64,000 nt of DNA from Oscillospiraceae bacterium LBM23126 (GTDB lineage Bacteria > Bacillota > Clostridia > Oscillospirales > Butyricicoccaceae): the NCBI GenBank assembly GCA_047936785.1, contig CP176394.1. One strand, 5' to 3'. Both the position numbers and the translations under genes were made by a program. The notes beneath the pieces were generated by a model. The model saw only the letters and a list, made by a program, of their open reading frames with translations, did not search any database and was not told the origin of the DNA. Positions 36,274-46,014 of the stretch are shown piece by piece. The stretch's first letter is position 1, and the number at the start of each line of letters is the position of its first letter.

Positions 36274-36311
36274 AAAGCGTGCAGCCGATCAAACGGCCGC
36301 ACGCTTTTTTA
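36274..36311 (+). terminator. intrinsic terminator after TetR gene
   Basis: agcgtgc...gcacgct stem followed by tttttt. Confidence 0.6.
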
Positions 36312-36325
36312 TGCGAAGGAAAAAC

Positions 36326-38698
36326 TCAGGCGGGAAGTTCCAGAAGATGAAGCAGGGCCCGCACGGTGCCCACATGATAATTGGCAAAGCCATAAAGAGC
36401 ACGGCCATCCAGAAGAGCCGTGCAAAGCGGAAGGCGGCGATCGCCCACATGAAGCGCCGCGCGCAGGGCATCGGGCAGGGCAGGGTCGGCCCAAAGCACC
36501 AGGACCCCGAGCTTTTTCGACAGCACAGCCGCCAGAGTGGGGCTATGCTCGCCTTCGGGGCAAAACAGCATCACGGGGATCTCCTGCGCTTTCAAAGCCT
36601 GCGCCTGCTCAAGCAGTTCATTGAGAAAATGCTCGGTGGGTTCGGTGTGCTGCTGAAGAAAGGCCAGCAGGCAGGGGCCCGACGCGGGGCAGAGCGAGGC
36701 AAGCGGCGCCGGCAGCGGCGCCTGAAACAGCTTTTCGGCGGTTTTATCGGCCGCGGGAAGCAATGTCAGCGGCTCGATGCGACCCGCGGAAGCAAAACGC
36801 AGGCAGCCTGTCACCGCGCCGTCGATCTGGCGGCGGCTGTGGGTGACGGCATAAAAGCCTTCGGGCAGAGAAAGCACCAGCTTTCCGCCGCCGGGCAGGA
36901 TATCGCGGCAGTTCTGGGGAAGGAACCGCCCGCCCGCCACGGCGCAGACCGTTACCTGAGAACCCAGTTCCAGCGGTTCATGGCAGCCGTTAGACAGCAG
37001 CAGAGTGCGGCAGAGCTTTTCTTTTTCGGCGGGGAGGAAGCGGCCGTTTTCAAAATATTCCGCCACGCCGTTTTCGGGATGCAGACGGGCCGCAAAGCCC
37101 AGCGCGCGGCAGATCTGCACAAAATGGATGGGCAGGCTTTCGGAAGTGGCCACGCGGTGGGTGAGAACGCCGCAGACATCGCCCGTCACGCCGGGATAGG
37201 CAAATTCATCGGCCCGCTGAATAGTTTCGCAAAGCCAGGCCCAGATGGCGGCGGGGGTTTGGGGCAGACCGCCCGAAAAGAAACGGCGCACGAAAGCGCG
37301 ATGGGGGAACAGCGGTTCATCGGCCACGCGCAGGGGCAGAATGGCTTCTTCGAACAAGGGGTCGTCGCTGCCGACGCAGGCGAAAGAAGAAGCGGCATCG
37401 GCCAGAACTTCTTCGGTGAGATCGAGAAAATCTTTATCACTGAAGGTGGCCAGCAGCGTGGCCTTTTGCGCGGGCGAAAGCGCTGCGTTCTGCAAAAACG
37501 CCATCAGCACGGGCGCATTGCCGCGGGCGCGTTCCAAAAGCTCGGCCAAAGGGCCTTCGGCAGGGGGATGCGCCGCCGCGCGGTGGGCGGCAGCCGCTTC
37601 GATGCGCGCCACAAAGGCATGGGAAGGGGCCGGCGGAATTTCGGGCAAAATGCCTTCGGCGGGCTGAAGATCGAATTCCACCGCGGTGGGGCAGCGGGAA
37701 AGTTCGAGCTTCAGCTTTTGATCGCGCCGCAGGTCTGCCGCGCGCAGATCATATTCGGCGCCTTTGGCGGCAAAAAACAGAAAGCCGCCTTTGCCCAGAG
37801 CAAAACGGGCGATGCCCTGTGCATCGGTGCGCAGCACGCGCACACAGCAGGGGCGGCCGTAATTCATCACGCAGGCATAGACTTCGATTTGAGGCGTGGG
37901 AAGGCCGCGGCGGGTGACTTCAACGGCGATCTCTGCGGTTTCGCCATAAGCCGCGGTGGTATCGACGGTGGTGAAAAGCCTGTTTTCATCGCGGGTCACG
38001 CTTCGCCCGCTTTGCCCCAGAAGACGGTGACGCACCACGGGCGCTTTGGAAGCCGCATAGTTGAACCAGCCCTGATCGGGGGTTTCCTGCGGTTCACAGG
38101 CGCCGAAATAATGCCACCGGCCATCGGCCCAGAATTCCACCCACGCGTGGTTGTCATCGCAATGGGCCCACCAGGGGCAATAGCATTGGCGGGCGGGGAT
38201 GCCCGCCGCGCGCAGCGCACAAACGGCCAGCTGGGTTTCTTCGCCGCATCGGCCGAAGCCAGCCCGCATAACGGCCAGGGCGTTGAGGGTGCGGTCATCG
38301 GTTGAGCGATAGGTCGCCTGCGCCATGCACCATTCGTTCACGGCCAGCGCGGCTTCGAGCATCGGCTTGCCCTGCACCAGCGGGCGCAGCTCGGCGGCCA
38401 GAAGGGCGTGCCAGGGCTCAAAGCGCTCGTCGTTCACGCGATAGGGCAGCAGATAAGAAAGAAAGATTTCTTCGGGGATGGCGGCGCAGTAAGAAAGCGC
38501 TTCGGCGGTTTCCATCACGCTGCGCACATGGCGAAGAAACATTTCGGCGGGAAAAGAGATCAGATCGGTGATGGGCATTTGCAGCAGAAGGCGGCGCAGG
38601 AGCTGATTCTCACGGGGCGGAAGCGCAGGCGCCAGCAGGTCATATTCCATCATGGCGATGGGGCAGAGCGCGGAAAGGCGTTCTTCGGATGGGTTCAT
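36326..38698 (-). CDS. cytoplasmic transglutaminase-like superfamily protein (790 aa)
   Basis: Start at MNPSEERL with GGAGGT RBS; Cys-His-Asp core (GRCGEETQLAVCALRAAGIPAR...HAWVEFWADGRWHYFGACEP); no signal peptide. Confidence 0.7.
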   Translation of the reverse strand: MNPSEERLSALCPIAMMEYDLLAPALPPRENQLLRRLLLQMPITDLISFPAEMFLRHVRSVMETAEALSYCAAIPEEIFLSYLLPYRVNDERFEPWHALLAAELRPLVQGKPMLEAALAVNEWCMAQATYRSTDDRTLNALAVMRAGFGRCGEETQLAVCALRAAGIPARQCYCPWWAHCDDNHAWVEFWADGRWHYFGACEPQETPDQGWFNYAASKAPVVRHRLLGQSGRSVTRDENRLFTTVDTTAAYGETAEIAVEVTRRGLPTPQIEVYACVMNYGRPCCVRVLRTDAQGIARFALGKGGFLFFAAKGAEYDLRAADLRRDQKLKLELSRCPTAVEFDLQPAEGILPEIPPAPSHAFVARIEAAAAHRAAAHPPAEGPLAELLERARGNAPVLMAFLQNAALSPAQKATLLATFSDKDFLDLTEEVLADAASSFACVGSDDPLFEEAILPLRVADEPLFPHRAFVRRFFSGGLPQTPAAIWAWLCETIQRADEFAYPGVTGDVCGVLTHRVATSESLPIHFVQICRALGFAARLHPENGVAEYFENGRFLPAEKEKLCRTLLLSNGCHEPLELGSQVTVCAVAGGRFLPQNCRDILPGGGKLVLSLPEGFYAVTHSRRQIDGAVTGCLRFASAGRIEPLTLLPAADKTAEKLFQAPLPAPLASLCPASGPCLLAFLQQHTEPTEHFLNELLEQAQALKAQEIPVMLFCPEGEHSPTLAAVLSKKLGVLVLWADPALPDALRAALHVGDRRLPLCTALLDGRALYGFANYHVGTVRALLHLLELPA

Positions 38699-38924
38699 AA
38701 CTACCTCCGTCAATAGAAAAATGGAGCAAAAGAAAACGCGTTTTATCACAAAAAGGAAAGGCCGGTGAAGGCTTTTGTATGCATCCGTTTTTGAGGGGAA
38801 ATTCTTTGGTTTCTGCGATGTTTCTAATTATAATATAGGAAATGCGGATATTCAACAAAAACACGCCTTGCCGAAGGGGATGTTTTTGGGTAAAATGAAG
38901 AAAAAGAAACAAGCGGAGGCTTTT

Positions 38925-39671
38925 ATGAAGATAGAGATATGCTGCGGAAGCTATGAAGATGTGCTGGCCGCCCAAGCGGGCGGCGCCGACAGGGCAGAGC
39001 TGTGTTCCGCCCTGTTTTTCGGGGGATTGAGCCCTTCGGCGGGCACTTTTTTGATGGCGCAGGAAACCGGCCTGCCCATCGCCGCCATGGTCAGGCCGCG
39101 GGAAGGCGGTTTTTGCTATAGCGGAGCGGAATTTGAAACCATGTGCCGCGACGCCGAATTTTTCATTGAGCATGGGGCCGAGGGCATCGTTTTCGGATGC
39201 CTGAACCGGGATGGCACTGTTGACGAAGAAAAAACGGCCATTCTCTGCGCCCTGGCTGGGGGCCGGTGCAAAGCGGTGTTCCACCGGGCGTTCGACCTTT
39301 GCAAAACGCCCGCGGAGGAAACGGCGGAGCAGTTATATCGTCTGGGCGTGGGGCGCATCCTCACCAGCGGCAAACGGGCCGCGGCGGCCGAAGGCGCCGC
39401 CGTGATCGCGGCGCTGCGGCGGCAGATGGCGGGGCGGATGGAAATTTTGCCGGGCAGCGGCATCCGGCCCCATACGGTGGCGCGGCTGCTGGCTGAAACG
39501 GGCTGCGATCAGATCCATGCTTCCGCGTTGGAGGATGCCTGCGACCCGACGGCGCTGCTTTGCCCCGAGATCCCGTTCACGGGGCTGCGGGCGCCCGCGC
39601 AGGGCGTTTACCGTGTGGGCAGCACAGAAAAAACAGCGGCGCTGGTGGCCGCGGCAAGGGAGGGTTCCTGA
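38925..39671 (+). CDS. cutC: CutC family protein (TIM-barrel, copper-homeostasis-protein family)
   Basis: MKIEICCGSYEDVLAAQAGGADRAELC...RPREGGFCYS...HRAFD aligns with the CutC family pattern; GGAGG RBS. Confidence 0.8.
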   Translation: MKIEICCGSYEDVLAAQAGGADRAELCSALFFGGLSPSAGTFLMAQETGLPIAAMVRPREGGFCYSGAEFETMCRDAEFFIEHGAEGIVFGCLNRDGTVDEEKTAILCALAGGRCKAVFHRAFDLCKTPAEETAEQLYRLGVGRILTSGKRAAAAEGAAVIAALRRQMAGRMEILPGSGIRPHTVARLLAETGCDQIHASALEDACDPTALLCPEIPFTGLRAPAQGVYRVGSTEKTAALVAAAREGS

Positions 39672-40555
39672 TGAAAATATTGGCTTTTGATGTGGGCGGA
39701 ACCGCCATCAAGACGGCCCGCGTCACAGCGGAAGGCAAAATGGAAGGCTTCGCCGAGCATGCTTATCCCGCGCCGGGCCGCGAGGGAGTGATGCGCATTT
39801 TGCGCCGCGAGGCCGAAAAAGGCGATTTTGACGCCATCGGCATCAGCACGGCGGGGCTGGTAGACAGCGAAAAGGGTGAGATCATTTTTTCCAGCGAAGC
39901 CATTCCCGGCTATACGGGAACACCCCTCAAAGCGTGGATGGAAGAAGAGTTCCGCCGCCCCACAAGCGTGATGAACGATGTGAACGCCGCCGCGCTGGGC
40001 GAAGCGGCCTATGGCGCGGGCAAAGAATATAACGATTTTCTGTGTTTGACTTATGGAACCGGCATCGGCGGCGCCATTGTGATCGATAAAAAGATCTATG
40101 GCGGCAAAAGCGGCCTTGCCGGAGAGATCGGGCATATCGCCACCCACTATGGCGGCAGAAGCTGCGTTTGCGGCGGCCGCGGATGCTATGGGGAATATGC
40201 TTCGGCCACGGCGCTGGTGCGCGCCTGCCGTGAAGTTTCAGAAGAATTCCATGACGGCAGGGCCGTTTTTGAAGCGTTTTATCGCGGTGACGCCCGCGTC
40301 AAGGCGCAGATCGATGACTGGATCGATGAGATCGTTTTGGGACTTGTGATCGCCGTGCATATTTTCAACCCCCCTGCGCTGATCCTGGGCGGCGGCATCA
40401 TGAACGAAGCTTATATCGTGGAACAGACCGAGCGCAGGCTGAGGCAGGCGGTGATGCCCGGTTATCGGGATGTGGTGGTGCGCCACGCGTTTTTGGGCAG
40501 CGGCGCGGGCATACTGGGCGCCGCGCGCAACGCCATGGAAAGGATCGGCCTATGA
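39671..40555 (+). CDS. ROK family sugar kinase (glucokinase/N-acetylhexosamine kinase-like)
   Basis: ILAFDVGGT ATP motif, CxCGxxGCxE zinc motif (CVCGGRGCYGE); start overlaps cutC stop (TGATG). Confidence 0.85.
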   Translation: MKILAFDVGGTAIKTARVTAEGKMEGFAEHAYPAPGREGVMRILRREAEKGDFDAIGISTAGLVDSEKGEIIFSSEAIPGYTGTPLKAWMEEEFRRPTSVMNDVNAAALGEAAYGAGKEYNDFLCLTYGTGIGGAIVIDKKIYGGKSGLAGEIGHIATHYGGRSCVCGGRGCYGEYASATALVRACREVSEEFHDGRAVFEAFYRGDARVKAQIDDWIDEIVLGLVIAVHIFNPPALILGGGIMNEAYIVEQTERRLRQAVMPGYRDVVVRHAFLGSGAGILGAARNAMERIGL

Positions 40556-41655
40556 TTCTGGCAAATGCGCTTCTCTGGCGTGAAGACCATTGGGAAGCAG
40601 GCGATCTGGCCATGGAAAACGGCGTGATCTGTGAAAGCTCCTGCGGGCCGCGGCTGGATTGCGGCGGGCGGCGTTTGATGCCCGGGCTGGTGGATGTGCA
40701 CACCCACGGAATCGCGGGGTTCGATTTCGGCAGCGCGGCGGCGGAAGAGATCGGCCGCATGGAGGAAGCTTATCTGCACCAGGGCACCACCACGCTGCTG
40801 GCAACTTTGGTTTCGCTGGCTGAAGAAAGCTATTTTCATCAGGCGAAAGCCCTTTTGCCGCGCTGCGGCGAAGCGGGCCCTCTGCTGGGCATCCATGCCG
40901 AAGGGCCTTTTCTGGCCCCGGCCAAAAAAGGGGCCCATAACGGCGAATATTTAAAAACGCCCGATCCGGCGCTTGCGCAGGCGCTGTGGCAAGCCTTTGG
41001 CGGCAGATTGATGCGCATGACCGCCGCGCCCGAACTTCCGGGGATACCGGAGCTGGAAGCATTCGCCGCGGGGAAATTCACCCTTTCGCTGGGCCACACC
41101 GCCTGTGATTACGAGCAGGCGCGGCGGGCGCTGAGGCAGGGGTTTTGCGCGGTGACCCACCTTTATAACGCCATGCTGCCGATGCACCACCGGCAGCCGG
41201 GGCCTGTGGCTGCCGCGCTGGAAAGCGACGCCTGGCTTGAGATGATCTGCGATGGCATCCATCTGGCGGATGGCGTGATCCGCATGATGTTTCGCGGGTT
41301 TTCAGACCGCATCGTGCTGATTTCGGATTCCATCGCCGCCTGCGGGCTGGGGGATGGCGCTTATGAACTGGGCGGCCTGGCGGTGAGCGTGAAAGCGCGG
41401 CGCGCCACTTTGGGCGATGGCACGCTGGCGGGTTCGGCCTTTTCTCTTTGGGATTGCCTGACCCACTGTCTGGAGATCGGCATTCCCGAAGAACTGGCCA
41501 TCCCCGCGGCAACGAGCCACCCCGCGCGGCTGCTGGGGCGGGAAGACAGCCTGGGCACTTTGCGCCCGGGCGCCCGGGCCGATATCCTTGCGGCGGATGA
41601 AAACTGGCGCCTGCGGCAAGTTTGGAAAAATGGGAAAAGCGTTGCCGTTTTTTAA
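40552..41655 (+). CDS. nagA: N-acetylglucosamine-6-phosphate deacetylase
   Basis: LMPGLVDVHTHG metal-binding motif, amidohydrolase fold; ATGA overlap with upstream ROK gene. Confidence 0.85.
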   Translation: MILANALLWREDHWEAGDLAMENGVICESSCGPRLDCGGRRLMPGLVDVHTHGIAGFDFGSAAAEEIGRMEEAYLHQGTTTLLATLVSLAEESYFHQAKALLPRCGEAGPLLGIHAEGPFLAPAKKGAHNGEYLKTPDPALAQALWQAFGGRLMRMTAAPELPGIPELEAFAAGKFTLSLGHTACDYEQARRALRQGFCAVTHLYNAMLPMHHRQPGPVAAALESDAWLEMICDGIHLADGVIRMMFRGFSDRIVLISDSIAACGLGDGAYELGGLAVSVKARRATLGDGTLAGSAFSLWDCLTHCLEIGIPEELAIPAATSHPARLLGREDSLGTLRPGARADILAADENWRLRQVWKNGKSVAVF

Positions 41656-41664
41656 GCAAAGAGA

Positions 41665-41736
41665 GAAAAGGGGCGTTTATAAACGCCCCTTTTACGATAG
41701 AAAAAGCCCTCCGCCGCCGGCGGAGGGCTTTTTATG
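41665..41736. terminator. two tandem terminator hairpins serving the convergent nagA and M16 peptidase genes
   Basis: aaaggggcgtttataaacgcccctttt and aaaagccctccgccgccggcggagggcttttt. Confidence 0.75.
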
Positions 41737-41774
41737 ACAGGCCGCAGAAGCGGCAAAAATCTTAAAAATAAAAA

Positions 41775-43019
41775 TCAGAGAAGCTTGCGATATTCTTCTT
41801 CGGAAGCAATCTGCCCCACGGCGGAAAAAGAAATTTTCGCAGGATCAAAAATTTCGCGGGCCAGGGCGCAGACACCTTCAACGGAAACACTGTCGAACCC
41901 GCGGATCAGATCTTCTTCGCTGAGGCTGTGGCCATAGGTCAGTTCGTTGCGGGCGTTTGCGGTCATGCGGCTGTTCATGTTTTCAAGCCCCATCAGCGCG
42001 GAAGATTTCAGCTGTTCGCGGCTGCGGGCCACCTCGCTTTCGCTGGGGCCTTCGGCCAGAAAGCGTTTGGTCTCTTCGCCGATCAGGCGCAGCGCCTGCA
42101 TTTCGGTCTGGCGGCCCAAAGCGGTATAGATGCCGAAATAGCCGGTATCCTGATGGGTGGCCGAGAAGGAATAGATGGTGTAGCACAGGCCGCTTTTTTC
42201 GCGCACGGTCTGGAACAGGCGCGAAGACATGCCGCCGCCGAAAATATTGTTGAGCACAGCCATGGTGAAGCGCTGATCGGAAGCGGTGTTGATGCCCGGA
42301 TAGCCGATGCAGAGATGGTTCTGTTCGATCTCTTTTTTCTTCAGCGTGAAGGCGGGATGATAAACGGCGGGCGGGCATTCCAAAACGCCGCTGCCCTGCA
42401 TGGCTTCAAACCGCTGTGCGATCAGATCGATATCGGCGGGGGTGAAGCTGCCCGCGATGGAGACCACGGTGTTTTCGGGGCGATAGTGGCTGCGGCAATA
42501 TTCGCGCAGGGTTTCGCCCTGAATTTCGGCCAGCGTTTCGGGTGTTCCCAAAATGGGGCGGCCCAGGGGCAGATCGTGATAGATCTCGGCGCTCATGCGT
42601 TCGGTGACCAGATCTTCGGGGGTATCTTCATACATGCCGATCTCTTCCAAAATCACGCCGCGTTCCAAATCGGTTTCTTCCTGGCCGAAGCGTGAATGAA
42701 AGAACATATCGCATAAAAGCTCGGCCGCTGTCTGAAGGTGGGTGTCGAGCGTGCGGGCATAATAACAGGTGTTTTCTTTGGTGGTGAAGGCGTTGACCTG
42801 CCCGCCGATGGCATCGAATTCTTCGGCCAGCTGGGCGGCGGAACGGGTTTGCGTGCCTTTAAACATCATGTGTTCGATGAAATGGGAGATGCCGCTCAAC
42901 CGGGCGGGTTCATGGCGCGAACCGCTTTCCACCCACAGGCCGATGGCGCAGGATCGCACCGAGGGCACATGCTCATAAAGAAGGCGCACGCCGTTTTTCA
43001 AAACTTTTTTTTCAATCAT
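41775..43019 (-). CDS. M16 family zinc peptidase (pitrilysin-like, inverted HxxEH motif)
   Basis: HFIEHMMFKGT zinc-binding motif; start at MIEKKVL with GAGGGAAG RBS. Confidence 0.85.
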   Translation of the reverse strand: MIEKKVLKNGVRLLYEHVPSVRSCAIGLWVESGSRHEPARLSGISHFIEHMMFKGTQTRSAAQLAEEFDAIGGQVNAFTTKENTCYYARTLDTHLQTAAELLCDMFFHSRFGQEETDLERGVILEEIGMYEDTPEDLVTERMSAEIYHDLPLGRPILGTPETLAEIQGETLREYCRSHYRPENTVVSIAGSFTPADIDLIAQRFEAMQGSGVLECPPAVYHPAFTLKKKEIEQNHLCIGYPGINTASDQRFTMAVLNNIFGGGMSSRLFQTVREKSGLCYTIYSFSATHQDTGYFGIYTALGRQTEMQALRLIGEETKRFLAEGPSESEVARSREQLKSSALMGLENMNSRMTANARNELTYGHSLSEEDLIRGFDSVSVEGVCALAREIFDPAKISFSAVGQIASEEEYRKLL

Positions 43020-43088
43020 TGAACTTCCCTCGCTTAAAAAATCGGGGCGGGAGATCTTCATCGCCCGCCCCGCTGATGTTCTCAAACC

Positions 43089-45239
43089 TTAGTTTGCGCC
43101 GTTTTCGCTGTCTTTACCCTCGCCGCGGGCAAGAATCTCGGCGATCGCATCTTTTCTGGAAAGGTTGATGCGGCCCTTGTCGTCGATCTCGGTGACTTTC
43201 ACCCAGGTCATGTCGCCCACATTCAAAACATCGGTGACTTTGCCTACGCGGTGATTTTCCAGCTTGGAAATATGCACCAGACCGTCTTTGCCCGGGGCCA
43301 GTTCGACAAATGCGCCGAAATCGAGGATGCGCACGACTTTGCCATAGAACAGGTCGCCCACTTCGGGGTCTTTCACAATGGTCAGAATGATCTTTTTGGC
43401 GCGTTCGCAATCATCCTGGTTGGTGGAAGCGATGCACACCACGCCGTCGTCGTTGATATCGATTTTGGTGTTGGTGTCGGCGGTGATCTTCTGGATGACA
43501 GAGCCGCCCTTGCCGATCACATCGCGGATCTTATCGGGATCGATGGTCAGAGTGATCATCTTGGGGGCATAGGTGGAAAGATGATCGCGGGGCGCGGGGA
43601 TCGCCTTGAGCATGACTTCATTCAAGATTTCCATGCGTGCCACGCGGGTTTTTTCAAAAGCTTCGCCGATGATCTCCAGGGTCAGGCCGTCGCACTTGAT
43701 ATCCACCTGAATGGCGGTGATGCCCTTTTCTGTGCCCGCCACTTTGAAATCCATATCGCCGAAGAAATCTTCGATGCCCTGGATATCGGTGAAAGTGATA
43801 TGGCGCTCGCCTTCGGTGACAAGGCCGCAGGAAATGCCCGCGACAGGCGCCTTAATGGGCACGCCGGCATCCATCAAAGCCAGTGTGGAACCGCAGACAG
43901 AGCCTTGAGAAGTGGAGCCGTTGGAAGAAACCACTTCGGAAACCAAGCGGAAGGAATAGGGGAATTCTTCGATGGAGGGGATCACAGGATCCAGCGCGCG
44001 TTCTGCCAGAGCGCCGTGGCCGATCTCGCGGCGGCCGGGGCTGCGAACGGGCTTTGCTTCGCCGACGCTGTAGCCGGGGAAGTTATAGTGGTGCATATAG
44101 CGCTTTTCTTCTTCTTCATAAATGGTGTCGAGTTCCTGAGAATCGCGCAGGGTGCCCAGTGTGGCAATGGTCAACACCTGGGTCTGGCCGCGGGTGAACA
44201 GGCCCGAACCGTGAACGCGGGGCAGAACGCCCACTTCGGCCGCCAGGGGGCGAACTTCGGTGAGGCTGCGGCCGTCAACGCGCTTGTGATCATCCAAAAT
44301 CATGCGGCGAACGACTTTCTTTTGCAGCTTATACATGCATTCGCCGAACAGCGCGTCGCTGTCGGGATATTTTTCGGAAAAATGCTCGATGACTTCGGCT
44401 GTCAGCGCGTCGATGGCGCGGTCGCGGTCGGTTTTGTCAACGGCGATCACGGCTTCACGCACGCGGTCGATGCAGAAAGCTTCCACATCCGCCATCAGGT
44501 CGGCGGGAACGGCTTTGCTTTCGAATTCGAACTTGGGCTTGCCCAGTTCGGAAGCGATGTGATCGATGAAGGCCGCCAGCTTTTTGATCTCGCCGTGGGC
44601 GATCTCAATGGCTTTGAGCATCTGGTCGTCGGGGAACTGATCGGCGCCGGCTTCGATCATGCAGACTTTTTCGCCTGTGCCGGCAACGGTGAGGTTCAGC
44701 TCGCTTTTGGCGCGCTGGGCGGAATTGGGGCAAACGACATAAGCGCCGTCAACATAGCCCATGGTCACGCCCGCGATGGGCCCGTTCCAGGGGATATCGG
44801 AAATGGAAAGCGCCACGGAAGTGCCCAGCATGGCGGCGACTTCGGGCATATTATCGGGATCCACCGACATCACGGTGCAGTTGATGACAACATCGTTGCG
44901 CATATCGGAAGGGAAGAAGGGGCGGATGGGGCGGTCGATCAGGCGGGAAGCCAGGATCGCGCGCTCGGAGGGGCGGCCTTCACGGCGCATGAAGCTGCCG
45001 GGGATGCGGCCGACGGCATACAGTCTTTCTTCAAAATCCACCGAGAGGGGGAAGAAATCGATGCCGGCGCGGGGGGCTTTGGATGCGGTGGCGGTGACCA
45101 ATACGCAGGTCTCGCCGAAGCGCACCATGCAGGAACCGTTGGCGAGGCCCGCCAGTTTGCCGGTTTCGATCACCAGTTTGCGGCCCGCAAGCGTGGTTTC
45201 ATAGGTTTTTTCGTTGGGAAAAGTCATGGGTGTGATCAT
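43089..45239 (-). CDS. pnp: polyribonucleotide nucleotidyltransferase (PNPase)
   Basis: Two RNase PH domains, KH and S1 C-terminal domains; AGGAGG RBS before ATG at 45239. Confidence 0.95.
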   Translation of the reverse strand: MITPMTFPNEKTYETTLAGRKLVIETGKLAGLANGSCMVRFGETCVLVTATASKAPRAGIDFFPLSVDFEERLYAVGRIPGSFMRREGRPSERAILASRLIDRPIRPFFPSDMRNDVVINCTVMSVDPDNMPEVAAMLGTSVALSISDIPWNGPIAGVTMGYVDGAYVVCPNSAQRAKSELNLTVAGTGEKVCMIEAGADQFPDDQMLKAIEIAHGEIKKLAAFIDHIASELGKPKFEFESKAVPADLMADVEAFCIDRVREAVIAVDKTDRDRAIDALTAEVIEHFSEKYPDSDALFGECMYKLQKKVVRRMILDDHKRVDGRSLTEVRPLAAEVGVLPRVHGSGLFTRGQTQVLTIATLGTLRDSQELDTIYEEEEKRYMHHYNFPGYSVGEAKPVRSPGRREIGHGALAERALDPVIPSIEEFPYSFRLVSEVVSSNGSTSQGSVCGSTLALMDAGVPIKAPVAGISCGLVTEGERHITFTDIQGIEDFFGDMDFKVAGTEKGITAIQVDIKCDGLTLEIIGEAFEKTRVARMEILNEVMLKAIPAPRDHLSTYAPKMITLTIDPDKIRDVIGKGGSVIQKITADTNTKIDINDDGVVCIASTNQDDCERAKKIILTIVKDPEVGDLFYGKVVRILDFGAFVELAPGKDGLVHISKLENHRVGKVTDVLNVGDMTWVKVTEIDDKGRINLSRKDAIAEILARGEGKDSENGAN

Positions 45240-45394
45240 AAAACACAATCCTCCTGTTTGATATTCCGCGGAGTCCCTCTGGCTTTTAGCACTTGAATCG
45301 GGGCAAAAAAGAACATGGTTTTGCCGCCATTCAACTGCTAAAACGCGGGGGCCCGCAGGGTTGATATGGTTGAAAAAGCAAGGGTCAAAATGCG

Positions 45395-45428
45395 GAATAA
45401 GGGAGGACAGAGTGTCCTCCCTTAAAAA
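45395..45428 (-). terminator. rpsO terminator / pnp leader hairpin
   Basis: gggaggac-agagt-gtcctccc stem just downstream of rpsO stop in the rpsO-pnp intergenic region. Confidence 0.5.
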
Positions 45429-45430
45429 AC

Positions 45431-45697
45431 TTACTTACGCAGGCCGAGTTTCGCCACGATGGCGCGATAACGCTCGACATCTTTCTTTTGCAGATAGTTG
45501 AGCAGGCCACGGCGCTGGCCGACCAGCATCAGCAGGCCACGGCGGCTGTGGTTATCTTTCTTGTGGATCTTCAGGTGTTCGTTCAGTTCGTTGATTCTGG
45601 CTGTCAGAATCGCGATCTGCACTTCGGGCGAGCCTGTGTCGGTGGGATGCAGGCGGTTCGCTTCGATAACTTCTGTTTTTTTGTCTTTCAGGATCAT
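45431..45697 (-). CDS. rpsO: 30S ribosomal protein S15
   Basis: 88 aa, conserved S15 sequence ([25 protein letters not shown]). Confidence 0.95.
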   Translation of the reverse strand: MILKDKKTEVIEANRLHPTDTGSPEVQIAILTARINELNEHLKIHKKDNHSRRGLLMLVGQRRGLLNYLQKKDVERYRAIVAKLGLRK

Positions 45698-45894
45698 TGG
45701 ATAATTCCTCCGTTTAAATTAAAATACACCGCAGGGCTGCGTGACGGGCTACGGGGGGTGCCTTGCTGCACAAGGCTTGCATCCCGAAACGAGGCACAAG
45801 GGCATTTACATGAATTATAGCATGAACCCCGTTCTTTGTAAAGAAATAAAATAAGATAAAATCGCAAAAACAAAAGGACCTTTCGGCCTTTGCC

Positions 45895-45931
45895 TTGACG
45901 GCGGCGCAGGGCTTTGCTATATTTATATAAT
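45895..45931 (+). promoter_or_regulatory. candidate sigma-A promoter of proBA (TTGACG-17-TATATT/TATAAT)
   Basis: ttgacggcggcgcagggctttgctatatttatataat ~85 nt upstream of proB. Confidence 0.45.
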
Positions 45932-46014
45932 GTACCGCAAAGGGCAGAAATACAACAAGAATTTTTTGCCGCGGGCCAATTTACGCCGCAGGCGCGGCGA
46001 AAAGGAGCATGACA

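Noticed and set aside
36311-38305. 664-aa plus-strand ORF antisense to the transglutaminase-like gene
   Set aside because: The Gly/Arg/Ala-rich translation has no start context. It is a shadow of a well-supported minus-strand CDS.
43251-45296. 681-aa plus-strand ORF antisense to pnp
   Set aside because: This is a shadow ORF. pnp on the minus strand is unambiguous.
45700-46010. Possible T-box leader upstream of proBA (and of DUF1934-argS at 54652-54852)
   Set aside because: I searched by eye for the T-box consensus (GGGTGGNACCGCG and antiterminator bulge) and did not find it. Only a promoter-like element is present.
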